Positions 20,537 to 29,502 of a stretch of DNA of 63,155 bases are shown here, piece after piece. Position numbers and translations under genes: made by a program. Positions within the stretch are counted from its first letter, which is position 1, and each line of letters begins with the position of its first letter. The stretch is from Cellulomonadaceae bacterium. GTDB lineage: Bacteria > Actinomycetota > Actinomycetes > Actinomycetales > Microbacteriaceae. The DNA is taken from assembly GCA_038106075.1 (NCBI GenBank), contig JAYODB010000001.1, forward strand, positions 1 through 63,155, written 5' to 3'. The notes beneath the pieces are model-generated. The model was not told the origin of the DNA. It worked only from the letters and a program-made list of their open reading frames with translations, and made no database searches.

Positions 20537-21613
20537 CTAATCGTTCCTCTCTGCAGCGTCAATTGCCATCTGCGCCACCTGGGCCGCTCCATCGAGAACC
20601 GCAATCTTCTCCATCGCCCGAGACATCGATTCTCGTCGGTTCGAATCCGCCATCAAGGCCAATAGCCTGTCTGTGATCCACTGCGTAGTGAATTGGGCGT
20701 TAGATACGACCTCAGCGGCCCCCACTGACAGCGCGTGGGCCGCGTTCTTCGCCTGCTCGCCATTTCCCACGTGGTAGGGCACGAACACCGTCGGTTTCGC
20801 CATCACCGCGAGTTCGCTCACCGTCGCGGCTCCCGCGCGCGACACCACCAAATCCGCCGCAGCCAAGGCGAGGTCCATTCGATCGGTGTATCCGACGCTG
20901 TGAAAATGTGCCGGATTGTCCCGGGGAACCGGGTTGTCTTGTCCGATCAGGTGCAGCACCTGCCAGCCCGTTGACACGAGCTGTTCTCGACACTGCTCCA
21001 CCGCGCGATTAATCGCTTGGGCGCCCGTCGAACCCCCTGTCACGAGGAGGACGGGCTTTCGAGTGGCGAGGCCGAAGTGCTTGCGGGCGAGAGATGGTGT
21101 CACCTCTCTCGCCGCGATGACCGCGCGTCGAAGCGGCATCCCGACCACCCTTGCGTGGCGCAGCGGCGTTCCGGGAAAACAGACGGCGACATGTTTGGTC
21201 AAGCGTGAGGCGAGTGAGTTTGCCATTCCAGGTATCGCGTTGGCTTCGTGAACGACCAACGGAATTCGCGCGAGCCAGGCAGCGAGGTAGACCGGTGCAG
21301 CGGTGTACCCGCCGAAGCCGACGACAACGTCAACCCGTCGGGCGAGTAGCTCGCGGCGAATCCGCAACACGGTGGCGAGAAAGCGGGGCACAAACCCGAG
21401 GGCATAGGAACTGGGCCGGCGGGGAAAAGGGAGCTTGGGCACGCTCGCCATGATCTGAAGGTCAGCAGGCAAGAGCTCACGTTCCCGACCGCCCAGAGTG
21501 CCGATGACGAGACATTCCGATTCGGGAGAGAGCTTCGCGAGTTCCTCGTAGACGGCAATCAACGGCGTAATGTGTCCGGCGGTTCCCCCGCCGCAGAGAG
21601 CAAATACACTCAC
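20537..21613 (-). CDS. murG: Lipid II GlcNAc transferase MurG
   Basis: GGGTAGH, GFGGY, HEAN, TGGSTGA, SRAGAAT and GNGEQAKNA. Confidence 0.95.
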   Translation of the reverse strand: MSVFALCGGGTAGHITPLIAVYEELAKLSPESECLVIGTLGGRERELLPADLQIMASVPKLPFPRRPSSYALGFVPRFLATVLRIRRELLARRVDVVVGFGGYTAAPVYLAAWLARIPLVVHEANAIPGMANSLASRLTKHVAVCFPGTPLRHARVVGMPLRRAVIAAREVTPSLARKHFGLATRKPVLLVTGGSTGAQAINRAVEQCREQLVSTGWQVLHLIGQDNPVPRDNPAHFHSVGYTDRMDLALAAADLVVSRAGAATVSELAVMAKPTVFVPYHVGNGEQAKNAAHALSVGAAEVVSNAQFTTQWITDRLLALMADSNRRESMSRAMEKIAVLDGAAQVAQMAIDAAERND

Positions 21614-22899
21614 CGCCGAGCCGCCCGGTCATCCCCCACGAACTGCCACACCGGGTTCACCTGGCGCTGGCGGTTCACACTCATCACCACGCCCATCGCC
21701 ATCAGCATCGCCAGCAGGGCAGAACCACCGGACGAGATAAACGGCAGCGGAACTCCCAGCACCGGCAAATATTCCAAAACCACCGCGATGTTGATGAGCG
21801 CCTGACCCACCACCCAGATCATCACTCCCGCAGTGATCAATCGAGCGAAGGGGTCGGTGTTCTTCTGCACCAGGCGAGCCATGGCGAATCCCAATACCGT
21901 AAACGAGATGATCACGACGAGGGAACCCACCAAACCAAGTTCCTCGCCGATGACCGCAAAAATGTAGTCGGTGTCCGCTTCGGGAAGCCACGACCATTTC
22001 GCCCGCGAGTTCCCCAAACCCACGCCGAGGACACCCCCAGACCCGAGCGCCATCGTCCCCTGCATGGGCTGCCAACACTGGTAGAGGAACTCGTCTTCGG
22101 TGCAACCGGAGAGCCACACGGTCACGCGTTCAAGACGATAGGGCGCGACGAGAGCCATCACTGCACCCAGCGCTGCGACCGCGCCTACGGCGGTGAGTAA
22201 GTAGCTCAGGCGGATTCCCGCCACAAAGAGCACACCCAACGCAATAAGCGACATCACGCCCACGGTTCCCAGGTCTTGGCCCGCGAGCACAAGACCAATG
22301 GCAAGGATGAGGCCCATCGGCAACGGCCGACTGAGCGCTTCGGGGTGAGAAATGTATTCCGCCCGGTTCGCCAAAATATGCGCCATCCACACAATCAGCG
22401 CAAGCTTCACAAACTCAGCCGGTTGACCGGTCAGACCACCGATTGAAATCCAGTTGGTATTTCCACCTGACGTCACCCCCAAGGGGGTAAAGACGACGAG
22501 GGCTTGAAGGATGAGTCCCCCAAGAAGCAGGGTGCCGGCAAGGGCGCGCCATACCGCGGGTCTCCAGGTAGACATCACGAACATGATCGGTAGCCCCAGC
22601 ATTGCCCACAACCCCTGACGAGCCCAGACCGCCAGGAAATTGCCGTCGTTGGTCTGGCGCGCCGTGACGAAGGAGGACGAGAGCACCATCACCAGGCCAA
22701 AAATGACGAGAAACAGCACCATCGACACCATCACGACATATTCGGTGGATTCGGAGTGAAAGAGGCGTTTGACGGAAACGACGGCTTTCTTCTGCAGCGT
22801 CTTTGGTGTCTCTCGAGCGGGCGCACTCGGGGGTTTTCGCGTGTTCGAGCTGCGCGGGACACGCCGCGGGGTGGTCGTCGAAGACGTCGCCATCACCAC
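21610..22899 (-). CDS. ftsW: SEDS peptidoglycan polymerase FtsW
   Basis: GLVMVLSSS, QPAEFVK, LPEADTDYIFAVIGEELG and GVPLPFISSGGS. Confidence 0.96.
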   Translation of the reverse strand: MVMATSSTTTPRRVPRSSNTRKPPSAPARETPKTLQKKAVVSVKRLFHSESTEYVVMVSMVLFLVIFGLVMVLSSSFVTARQTNDGNFLAVWARQGLWAMLGLPIMFVMSTWRPAVWRALAGTLLLGGLILQALVVFTPLGVTSGGNTNWISIGGLTGQPAEFVKLALIVWMAHILANRAEYISHPEALSRPLPMGLILAIGLVLAGQDLGTVGVMSLIALGVLFVAGIRLSYLLTAVGAVAALGAVMALVAPYRLERVTVWLSGCTEDEFLYQCWQPMQGTMALGSGGVLGVGLGNSRAKWSWLPEADTDYIFAVIGEELGLVGSLVVIISFTVLGFAMARLVQKNTDPFARLITAGVMIWVVGQALINIAVVLEYLPVLGVPLPFISSGGSALLAMLMAMGVVMSVNRQRQVNPVWQFVGDDRAARR

Positions 22900-22979
22900 A
22901 CCGTCCCTTCCGAACTCGAGGGCTTTTTTGCCACCTCTAAGTGTCTGTCCTGGCGCGCATCCCCCGGCCTAAGGGCGGT

Positions 22980-22987
22980 GGCGTGTC
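22980..22987 (-). promoter_or_regulatory. GACACGCC box in the murD-like/ftsW intergenic region (candidate WhiA site)
   Basis: GGCGTGTC on the + strand, with a second GTGTC at 22941-22945. Sits in a ~90-bp gap upstream of ftsW. Confidence 0.45.
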
Positions 22988-22989
22988 TG

Positions 22990-23997
22990 TTATTCGCTGA
23001 GCCCTCCCCATCGGGCGAGCTCCTGCCCGATGAGCTCCGGGGCGACCGAATATGCCCGGGCAATGGCAAACGCCGTCACCGCCGACAGTGCTTGTTCGGC
23101 ACTGTCAAGGCCCGCCTGCTCTAACTCTGCTGTCGTGCACAGTTCGAGAGCCCGGTCGGCCCGATCGTCAAGAAACGCGCGGTCACAAACGATGTCTTCG
23201 ACGCGACCAAAATCACTCATCCCCGGAGTGTCGAGCCCCACACCAATCGCCCGGCACCCTTCGACAACCCAGGCGTCCTCAACAGCTTTCTCGGTGGGTC
23301 CCCCTCCCCGGCGGTACACGCAGGCGAGCTCGGTGTCCCGATAAAGCTCGAGGAGGAGACGATGGTCAGAGGGTTCGTCGTCATCCACACAGACGCTCAC
23401 GTGCGGTCGCCTCGCAGAAGATTCCGAATCGCTCCACACCGATAGCTCTTCCTCCGACACGTCAACGAGCACCACATCCAGGCCATCGGGGAGCCTGACC
23501 GCATCGAGTGCCGGGGCCACGCCCTCGCCCGCGCGGAAAGAACGCACTCCCGAGGCGAGCAGAAGCTGGTGGGCTAAATCGCCAATTTGCCGCGATCGTG
23601 GGCCACCGAGGAAAACGAAACGAGGCCCCCCGCCTACTTTGTCAGCGACCCGAGAGGCGAGCTCGAGGGGAGTCCAGACCGCGCTGCCCTGTTCGCGAAG
23701 CGCCGAGCGCTCCTCGGGCGTCGCCCCAGACTGCGGGGTGAGCAGGACAATATCCGGGGGTGCCGTCAGAGTGAGGGGCAACCATTGGTCGCGCGGCGTG
23801 TGGGTTGCGGTCACTCCCAGAACATCGAGGATCACTTCACGGTCAGAATCCGCCGCGTCGAGTAACACCGTGACAACCACACCCAGTTCGACAAGGGTGT
23901 CAGCGACGGCAAAGCCCTCGTCGCCGAGGCCCCACACGGTTACCGTGAGGCCCGCCCAGTCGTCGTACCAACTGGAGAGAGCGTCGACGCGCGGCAT
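22990..23997 (-). CDS. MurD-derived protein, truncated and catalytically degenerate (candidate pseudo-enzyme)
   Basis: Occupies the murD slot (mraY-X-ftsW). MurD-like N-terminus (SSWYDDWAGLTVTVWGLG..GFAVADTLVELG) and VEGCRAIG...DRAFLDDR..ALEL segment are kept. GTNGKTT is replaced by GGPRSRQI, no ELSS or DHLD motif, no C-terminal domain. ATG overlaps the mraY TAA; alternative GTG at 24012. Confidence 0.8.
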   Translation of the reverse strand: MPRVDALSSWYDDWAGLTVTVWGLGDEGFAVADTLVELGVVVTVLLDAADSDREVILDVLGVTATHTPRDQWLPLTLTAPPDIVLLTPQSGATPEERSALREQGSAVWTPLELASRVADKVGGGPRFVFLGGPRSRQIGDLAHQLLLASGVRSFRAGEGVAPALDAVRLPDGLDVVLVDVSEEELSVWSDSESSARRPHVSVCVDDDEPSDHRLLLELYRDTELACVYRRGGGPTEKAVEDAWVVEGCRAIGVGLDTPGMSDFGRVEDIVCDRAFLDDRADRALELCTTAELEQAGLDSAEQALSAVTAFAIARAYSVAPELIGQELARWGGLSE

Positions 23998-25094
23998 TAT
24001 CGGCTCAGCCACTCCAGGTAAAACACTCCGGCGCCCGCGAAGGCGAGGAATCCCGCGATGAGCCAGAAGCGCACAACAATTGTCACTTCTTGCCAGCCTT
24101 TAATTTCGTAGTGGTGGTGCAGCGGGCTCGAGTAGAAAATACGACGTCCGCCGGTCGCTTTGAAGTACAGGCGCTGCAACACGACCGATCCGGTGAGGAT
24201 GACGAAGAGACCAGCAATGAGCGGCAACAGGAGCTCGGTCCGGGTGAACATCGCCATGGCGGCTACTCCACCGCCCAGCGCGAGCGAACCGGTGTCCCCC
24301 ATGAACACCTTGGCTGGAGAGGTGTTCCACCACAGGAAGCCGATGAGGCTCGCCAAGATTGCCGTGGCCACGGCGGCGAGGTCGAGTGGGTCGCGCACCT
24401 CGTAGCACTTATAGGCCACTTCGGGGTCGAGATAGAGGGAGAAGCAGGACTGGTTGAACTGCCAGAAACTGATGAGCACATAGGAGCCAAACACCAGAAT
24501 GGATGAGCCCGCAGCGAGCCCATCGAGCCCGTCCGTAAGGTTCACTGCATTCGATGTGCTCACCACGATGAGGCCCGCCCAGATGGCAAAGGCAACGTAG
24601 CTGCCGATCAGACCAAAGCTCGCAAAGGTCAGCCAATCGATGTCACGAATAAACGAGATCGCCAGCGAGGCAGGCGTTTGACCGTTCTTGTCGGGAAAGG
24701 AAATGGCCAGGACCGCGAACGCTCCCGAGACGAGGACCTGTCCGATGACCTTCGCCCGAGGGGTGAGCCCTAGGGATTGCTGACGCCTAATTTTGGAGAA
24801 ATCGTCGAGAAAGCCGACTAAGCCCAAACCCAACATGATTCCAATCACGAGGATGCTCGAATAGCTCGGAGTGGATCCGGCAATGAGGTGGGCACCGAAA
24901 TAGCCCACCACGATTCCCAGCAGGATGATGATGCCACCCATGGTCGGGGTGCCGCGCTTCACGAAATGAGTCTTCGGACCGTCCTGGCGGATGAATTGAC
25001 CCCACCCCCACCGCTCGAAAAGCTTCACGAATGCGGGGGTCAGAAACAAGCTGAAGAGAAGCGAAATACCGCCTGAAAGAAGAAGAACAATCAT
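23997..25094 (-). CDS. mraY: Phospho-N-acetylmuramoyl-pentapeptide transferase
   Basis: [39 protein letters not shown] and PLHHHYE. Confidence 0.97.
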   Translation of the reverse strand: MIVLLLSGGISLLFSLFLTPAFVKLFERWGWGQFIRQDGPKTHFVKRGTPTMGGIIILLGIVVGYFGAHLIAGSTPSYSSILVIGIMLGLGLVGFLDDFSKIRRQQSLGLTPRAKVIGQVLVSGAFAVLAISFPDKNGQTPASLAISFIRDIDWLTFASFGLIGSYVAFAIWAGLIVVSTSNAVNLTDGLDGLAAGSSILVFGSYVLISFWQFNQSCFSLYLDPEVAYKCYEVRDPLDLAAVATAILASLIGFLWWNTSPAKVFMGDTGSLALGGGVAAMAMFTRTELLLPLIAGLFVILTGSVVLQRLYFKATGGRRIFYSSPLHHHYEIKGWQEVTIVVRFWLIAGFLAFAGAGVFYLEWLSR

Positions 25095-25543
25095 GTCGGG
25101 TTAGCCTCGATCAGCTCCACCAGAGCCGCAATGGCCGGGTCGTGTACTCCGATGATGGCGATGAGATCGTCTCCGTTGGGCCAGCCACGGAGATAATCGT
25201 ACGCGTCGGCCGGAGACTCGAGCCACAGTGACTCACCGTCCCACGAGCCCTCCAAACCCACCTGGGTACTAAGGGCCTTGGTCGACAATCCCACCCCGAG
25301 CCATTGGTCTACCCGCAGGCGAATCATGGCTGCGGCGAGGGGCCCCAAACCGTCGTAATCGTCCTCGGGGCGCAACGACACTCCCCCGGAAACAACGAGG
25401 ACGCGTTTACCGGAGTGTTCGGAGCGCAGTTGCTTGACGGCGTCGAGGAGCTGATCGCCCGAGATCGAATCGCGAGAATCGATGAGAACCGTGGCGGTTT
25501 CGATGTGGCGTGCTGGCCGCCACTGTGGCGTGCGGTCGCTCAT
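25091..25543 (-). CDS. Stand-alone, degenerate MurF C-terminal domain (candidate pseudo-enzyme)
   Basis: Occupies the murF slot (murE-X-mraY), 150 aa, ATGA overlaps at both ends. Keeps the [10 protein letters not shown]...AYDYLR segment I recognise from Microbacteriaceae MurF C-termini. DxYNAxP and LGEMxELG are decayed to DSRDSISG and SGGVSLRP. Confidence 0.75.
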   Translation of the reverse strand: MSDRTPQWRPARHIETATVLIDSRDSISGDQLLDAVKQLRSEHSGKRVLVVSGGVSLRPEDDYDGLGPLAAAMIRLRVDQWLGVGLSTKALSTQVGLEGSWDGESLWLESPADAYDYLRGWPNGDDLIAIIGVHDPAIAALVELIEANPT

Positions 25544-27075
25544 GACGATAACCACCCCGCTTCCACGAGGGCGCGTCGCGCCTCGTCGCGCGCCGAGAAC
25601 GGAACCCGGACGCCGCCGATGTCGCGATAGTGCTGGGAGCCGGGGCCCATCCACACCACCGCGTCACCCTCCTGCGCGCGACTCACCGCGAATCGAATCG
25701 CCTCTGTCGGCTCAGGGATCTCTTCCACCGCAGCATCGGGCACACCACGCGCACCCTCCAGCAGGTCGGCTCGGATTTGGGCGGGGTCTTCTTTGCGGGG
25801 GTCATCGTCAGTGATGATGACGAGATCAGCGGACTGCGCCGCAAGGGTTCCCATGATGGGACGCTTGGAGCGGTCACGGTCACCCGAGGTCCCGATGACG
25901 ACGATGAGTTTCCCGGGGAAATGGGAGCGCACACTCTCAAAGGTGTGGCTGTAGGCATCGGCACTTCGGCCGGCATCGACAAAAACCGCGACTGGAGAAT
26001 CCCCCGACACTCTCTCGATTCGTCCGGGCACGACGAGGTCGATTCCGCCATGGTCGAGGTCGATCCCGGAGAATCGCTCCCACTCGATCCCGGCTTCAGA
26101 CACCATGGCAATGGCCAGGGCCGCATTGCGCACCATGTGCTCACCGATCGCGCTGATCCGAGTCCGCAGTGTGCCGTGCGGGCCATTCACCTCGAAGGTT
26201 TCACCAAAGGCAGAAGACTCTTCAACCCGGTAGCTCCAGGTCGCATTGGCTCCCGCATCAGGAGAAATCGTGACCACGGGCACCCCCGCTCGGGCGACCA
26301 CGGACTCTCCCCACGACGATTCCAGCGAGACCACAGCGCGCTGTGACATTTGAGGCTGGAACAGCGGCAGTTTGTGTTCGAGGTAGGCATCCATATTGCC
26401 GTAGTCCTCGAAGTGGTCATGGCTGAGATTAGTGAACCCGGACACCGCGGCGACAATGCCGTCAAGACGGTGCCGCTCAATGGCCTGTGCGCTCGCTTCT
26501 AGGGCAAAAAAGCTCACTCCCCGCTGGGCCGCAATCGCCAGCAGAGCTTGTAGCTCGTCCGCCTCGGGAGTTGTCAGAGGGGTCTTGAAAATCTCTCCGG
26601 CAACCCGGCGCTCGGTCGAATTTGACAGTGCGGTGTTTTCCCCGAGCTGACGCAGGATGGCCTCGAGGTAAAAAACAACCGAGGTCTTGCCGTTGGTTCC
26701 CGTGACCGAAAGCACCCGGGGAAGCGGTACTCCCGGGTCGTAGACCCGCTGAGAAACCCGGCCCAGAATTGCTCGGGGTGTCGGATGCACGCCCAGCGCC
26801 ACATCCGCTGCCCCCAGAATGTCCGCTCCCGCAGGGTCAGTGACGATGGCGACGGCTCCCAACTTGAGTGCGTCGCTGGCAAAGTTTGCGCCGTGGTGAA
26901 CACGCCCGGGGAGTGCCACAAACACATCCCCCGGAAGGGTTGCGGAGGCAGAAATGGAGACACCAGTGAGTTGAACATCTGGCGACGATGGCCTGATCTC
27001 AATTCCTAAGTCACGAGCCACGGACGCCAAACTCACCCCGGGCACGCCCGGTGGTCGAATGGGCTGATCAGCCAC
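25540..27075 (-). CDS. murE: MurE ligase (third stem-peptide residue)
   Basis: VTGTNGKTS, LTTPEA, LEASAQ, FTNLSHDHFEDY, VPGRIE, GDRDRSKRPIMG and ITDDDPR. Confidence 0.92.
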   Translation of the reverse strand: MADQPIRPPGVPGVSLASVARDLGIEIRPSSPDVQLTGVSISASATLPGDVFVALPGRVHHGANFASDALKLGAVAIVTDPAGADILGAADVALGVHPTPRAILGRVSQRVYDPGVPLPRVLSVTGTNGKTSVVFYLEAILRQLGENTALSNSTERRVAGEIFKTPLTTPEADELQALLAIAAQRGVSFFALEASAQAIERHRLDGIVAAVSGFTNLSHDHFEDYGNMDAYLEHKLPLFQPQMSQRAVVSLESSWGESVVARAGVPVVTISPDAGANATWSYRVEESSAFGETFEVNGPHGTLRTRISAIGEHMVRNAALAIAMVSEAGIEWERFSGIDLDHGGIDLVVPGRIERVSGDSPVAVFVDAGRSADAYSHTFESVRSHFPGKLIVVIGTSGDRDRSKRPIMGTLAAQSADLVIITDDDPRKEDPAQIRADLLEGARGVPDAAVEEIPEPTEAIRFAVSRAQEGDAVVWMGPGSQHYRDIGGVRVPFSARDEARRALVEAGWLSS

Positions 27076-27100
27076 GTCGCTCCCTCGCTCGCCTTAACGG

Positions 27101-28855
27101 CTACCAGGTTATCGGCGGAAGCGTGGGTTCCTCGGTTGACGGGGCCACCCGGTAGTGCTTGACGAGGTGGGTGACAATTTCATCGAAGGCGGGGGCTGCG
27201 GCGTAGGAGAAACGGTTCGTCTGAGGTTTCACGAACGCGACCACCACGACATATTGCGGTTCTTGAGCGGGAACCATTCCGGCAATCGAAATCATGCGCT
27301 CGTCGGTATACACGCCGTTCTCCGCAATTTCCGCGGTACCCGTCTTGGCCGCGATGCGATAGCCCGGAACGTTCACCCGATACTGGAGCGTTCCCTCGCG
27401 TGGCACGGTTTCGAGCATGGTGATGATCTGGTTTGCAGTGCGCTCGGAGACGACTCTCTGGGGGGCGTCTTTCTTTACTTCGTCAAACGTGCCGTCTTGG
27501 CGCTGGCAACCTGAGACGAGCCGGAGCGGAATCTTCTCTCCGCGGTTCGCGAGAGCCTGGTAGGCACCCGCCATTTGAGCCATCGTCGCCGACATTCCCT
27601 GACCAAAGGTTTGGGTGTGAACGGTAATCGAGTCGATGCTCTTCGGGTCTTGCATGTAACCCGACTGCTCTCCGAGGAAGTCAACAGCGGTGGGTTCACC
27701 AAAGCCAAAGGCTTTGAAGTAACGGTTGAGCACCGAGGGAGAAATGCGTTCAGAGAGGATCACCGTTCCCGTGTTGGACGAACGCGAGAGGATTCCCGTC
27801 GTGGTGAGGTTGCCCGCCGCCCCGCCACCCGCGTTTCGGATGTAGCGGCCTCCAGGAAGAGCGTAGGTCGAAGGGACGCTGAACGCTTCCTCGGGGAACG
27901 TCAAACCTTCCTCGAGAAGCGCCGCCATGGTGATGCTTTTGAGCGTTGAACCCGGTTCAAACGTCGAGGTGAAGGCAGCGGCCCGCAAATGCTGTTGGGG
28001 GGTGTTGGCAAAGTCGTTCGGGTCAAACGTCGGCCAGTCGGCGGAGGCGAGAATCTCCCCGGTCTTCACTTCAACCACCATCGCCGAACCCGACTGGGCT
28101 CCCAGCGACATCCCGGTCGAAGCGAGCTGTTGCAACACAAACCACTGCAGGTCGCTGTCGATGGTGAGGACGACGTCTCCCCCGTTGACCGCGGGGGTCG
28201 TCACCTGAGTTGTCCCCGGCAATTTGACGTAGTCCGCGCCCTGCTGATAGCTCAGGACGCCGTGTGCCGCGGCCAGGCACTCATCCCATTTCAGCTCTAC
28301 TCCCTCGAGCGGGCCATCCGCTCCCATCATCCCGGTGAGGTTCCCGGCGACAGACCCAAACGGGTAGAAGCGGTCAGCATTGCGTTCGAAATACATCCAC
28401 GGAATATCGAGGTCGAGCAGCAGTCGGTATTGCTCGGTGGTGGCGTCTTTCGAGAGGTAGGCAAAGTTGGACTCGGGGTCTTCGCTGACAGCAGCCCACA
28501 TTTCAGCAACCGGAGTTCCCGTGATTGCTTCCACCTCGGCGAGAGCGTTCATCACCGACACGGTCACACCGTCGCGCCGGAAGTCGGCTACGTGGCGCGG
28601 TGAGGCCGTGACGTTGTAGCGGTCAGCATTTTCGGCGAGGGCCTGGAAGGTGCGATCGAGGATTTGTCCGCGCTCTGCCCACAGCGTCGAGGTCGTGCTG
28701 CGGCGCTCGGCTGATTCGGCGCTGAGTTCGGCTGCGCGTACGACCTGGATATCGACCAGGCGCACCACAAACGCGACCACAACAACCGCGACGATGAGAG
28801 ACACCGAGCCCATTCGACGCATCGTGCGCCGCGAGGCGATTTGGGCTGGTGACAC
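27101..28855 (-). CDS. ftsI: Class B penicillin-binding protein FtsI
   Basis: N-terminal TM, dimerisation domain, SxxK (EPGSTLK), SxN (SSNTG) and KTG (AKTGTAE). Confidence 0.94.
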   Translation of the reverse strand: MSPAQIASRRTMRRMGSVSLIVAVVVVAFVVRLVDIQVVRAAELSAESAERRSTTSTLWAERGQILDRTFQALAENADRYNVTASPRHVADFRRDGVTVSVMNALAEVEAITGTPVAEMWAAVSEDPESNFAYLSKDATTEQYRLLLDLDIPWMYFERNADRFYPFGSVAGNLTGMMGADGPLEGVELKWDECLAAAHGVLSYQQGADYVKLPGTTQVTTPAVNGGDVVLTIDSDLQWFVLQQLASTGMSLGAQSGSAMVVEVKTGEILASADWPTFDPNDFANTPQQHLRAAAFTSTFEPGSTLKSITMAALLEEGLTFPEEAFSVPSTYALPGGRYIRNAGGGAAGNLTTTGILSRSSNTGTVILSERISPSVLNRYFKAFGFGEPTAVDFLGEQSGYMQDPKSIDSITVHTQTFGQGMSATMAQMAGAYQALANRGEKIPLRLVSGCQRQDGTFDEVKKDAPQRVVSERTANQIITMLETVPREGTLQYRVNVPGYRIAAKTGTAEIAENGVYTDERMISIAGMVPAQEPQYVVVVAFVKPQTNRFSYAAAPAFDEIVTHLVKHYRVAPSTEEPTLPPITW

Positions 28856-28863
28856 GGAGCGTC

Positions 28864-29502
28864 CTAGTGGGTGGTCGGTGACGGCAGGTCTCCCCCGAAG
28901 GTCTTCGCTGCCGGCGCGGGTTCAGTGATGACCACCGGAACCGCCGAGTCCACACCCTCGAGTGTGGTTACCGCCGCCGAGGTCACCTCACTAGTGTCGT
29001 CAGTCAACGTCGCAAAAGCCGTCATTGACTCGCCCTCAGCACTCTGGGTCGCAATTGTCGAGGCCACCGCGGTGACGTCGACCACGGCCTCACCCGGGAC
29101 AACCGCGACGACACTCGTGGAACCAGCCATTGCTGGTTCACCGGAACCCAGCACCTGCGCGTCAGACAGTCGCAAGTAGGCCGGGTCTCCATCGTCGACC
29201 ATGCCCAAGGACACGGCCAGCGTGGCGAGGGTCTGCGGGTCTTGCATCGCGCCGATTTCTTCGGAGACGATGCTGAGGTCACGGTTGCGCTCCGCCAACT
29301 GGCGCTCCAGGTCTTGAATTGCGTAGGCGCCGTTACCCAGAGCGATCGAGAGCATGAGCTGGCCGGCCAGGATGGCAAAGATGCCCGCCAGGGTCGCAAT
29401 CACATAGCTGAGCTTGGGCGGGGCTGCCGCCGCGGGGCGTGCCACTGCCTTCAAACCGGGCTTCCGCGGTGCGGAAGCGATCGATGCGGTGAGAGCGCTC
29501 AT
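28864..29502 (-). CDS. FtsL-like cell division protein
   Basis: TM helix plus coiled coil and LGMV...PAYLRLSD. Lies between rsmH and ftsI. Confidence 0.75.
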   Translation of the reverse strand: MSALTASIASAPRKPGLKAVARPAAAAPPKLSYVIATLAGIFAILAGQLMLSIALGNGAYAIQDLERQLAERNRDLSIVSEEIGAMQDPQTLATLAVSLGMVDDGDPAYLRLSDAQVLGSGEPAMAGSTSVVAVVPGEAVVDVTAVASTIATQSAEGESMTAFATLTDDTSEVTSAAVTTLEGVDSAVPVVITEPAPAAKTFGGDLPSPTTH

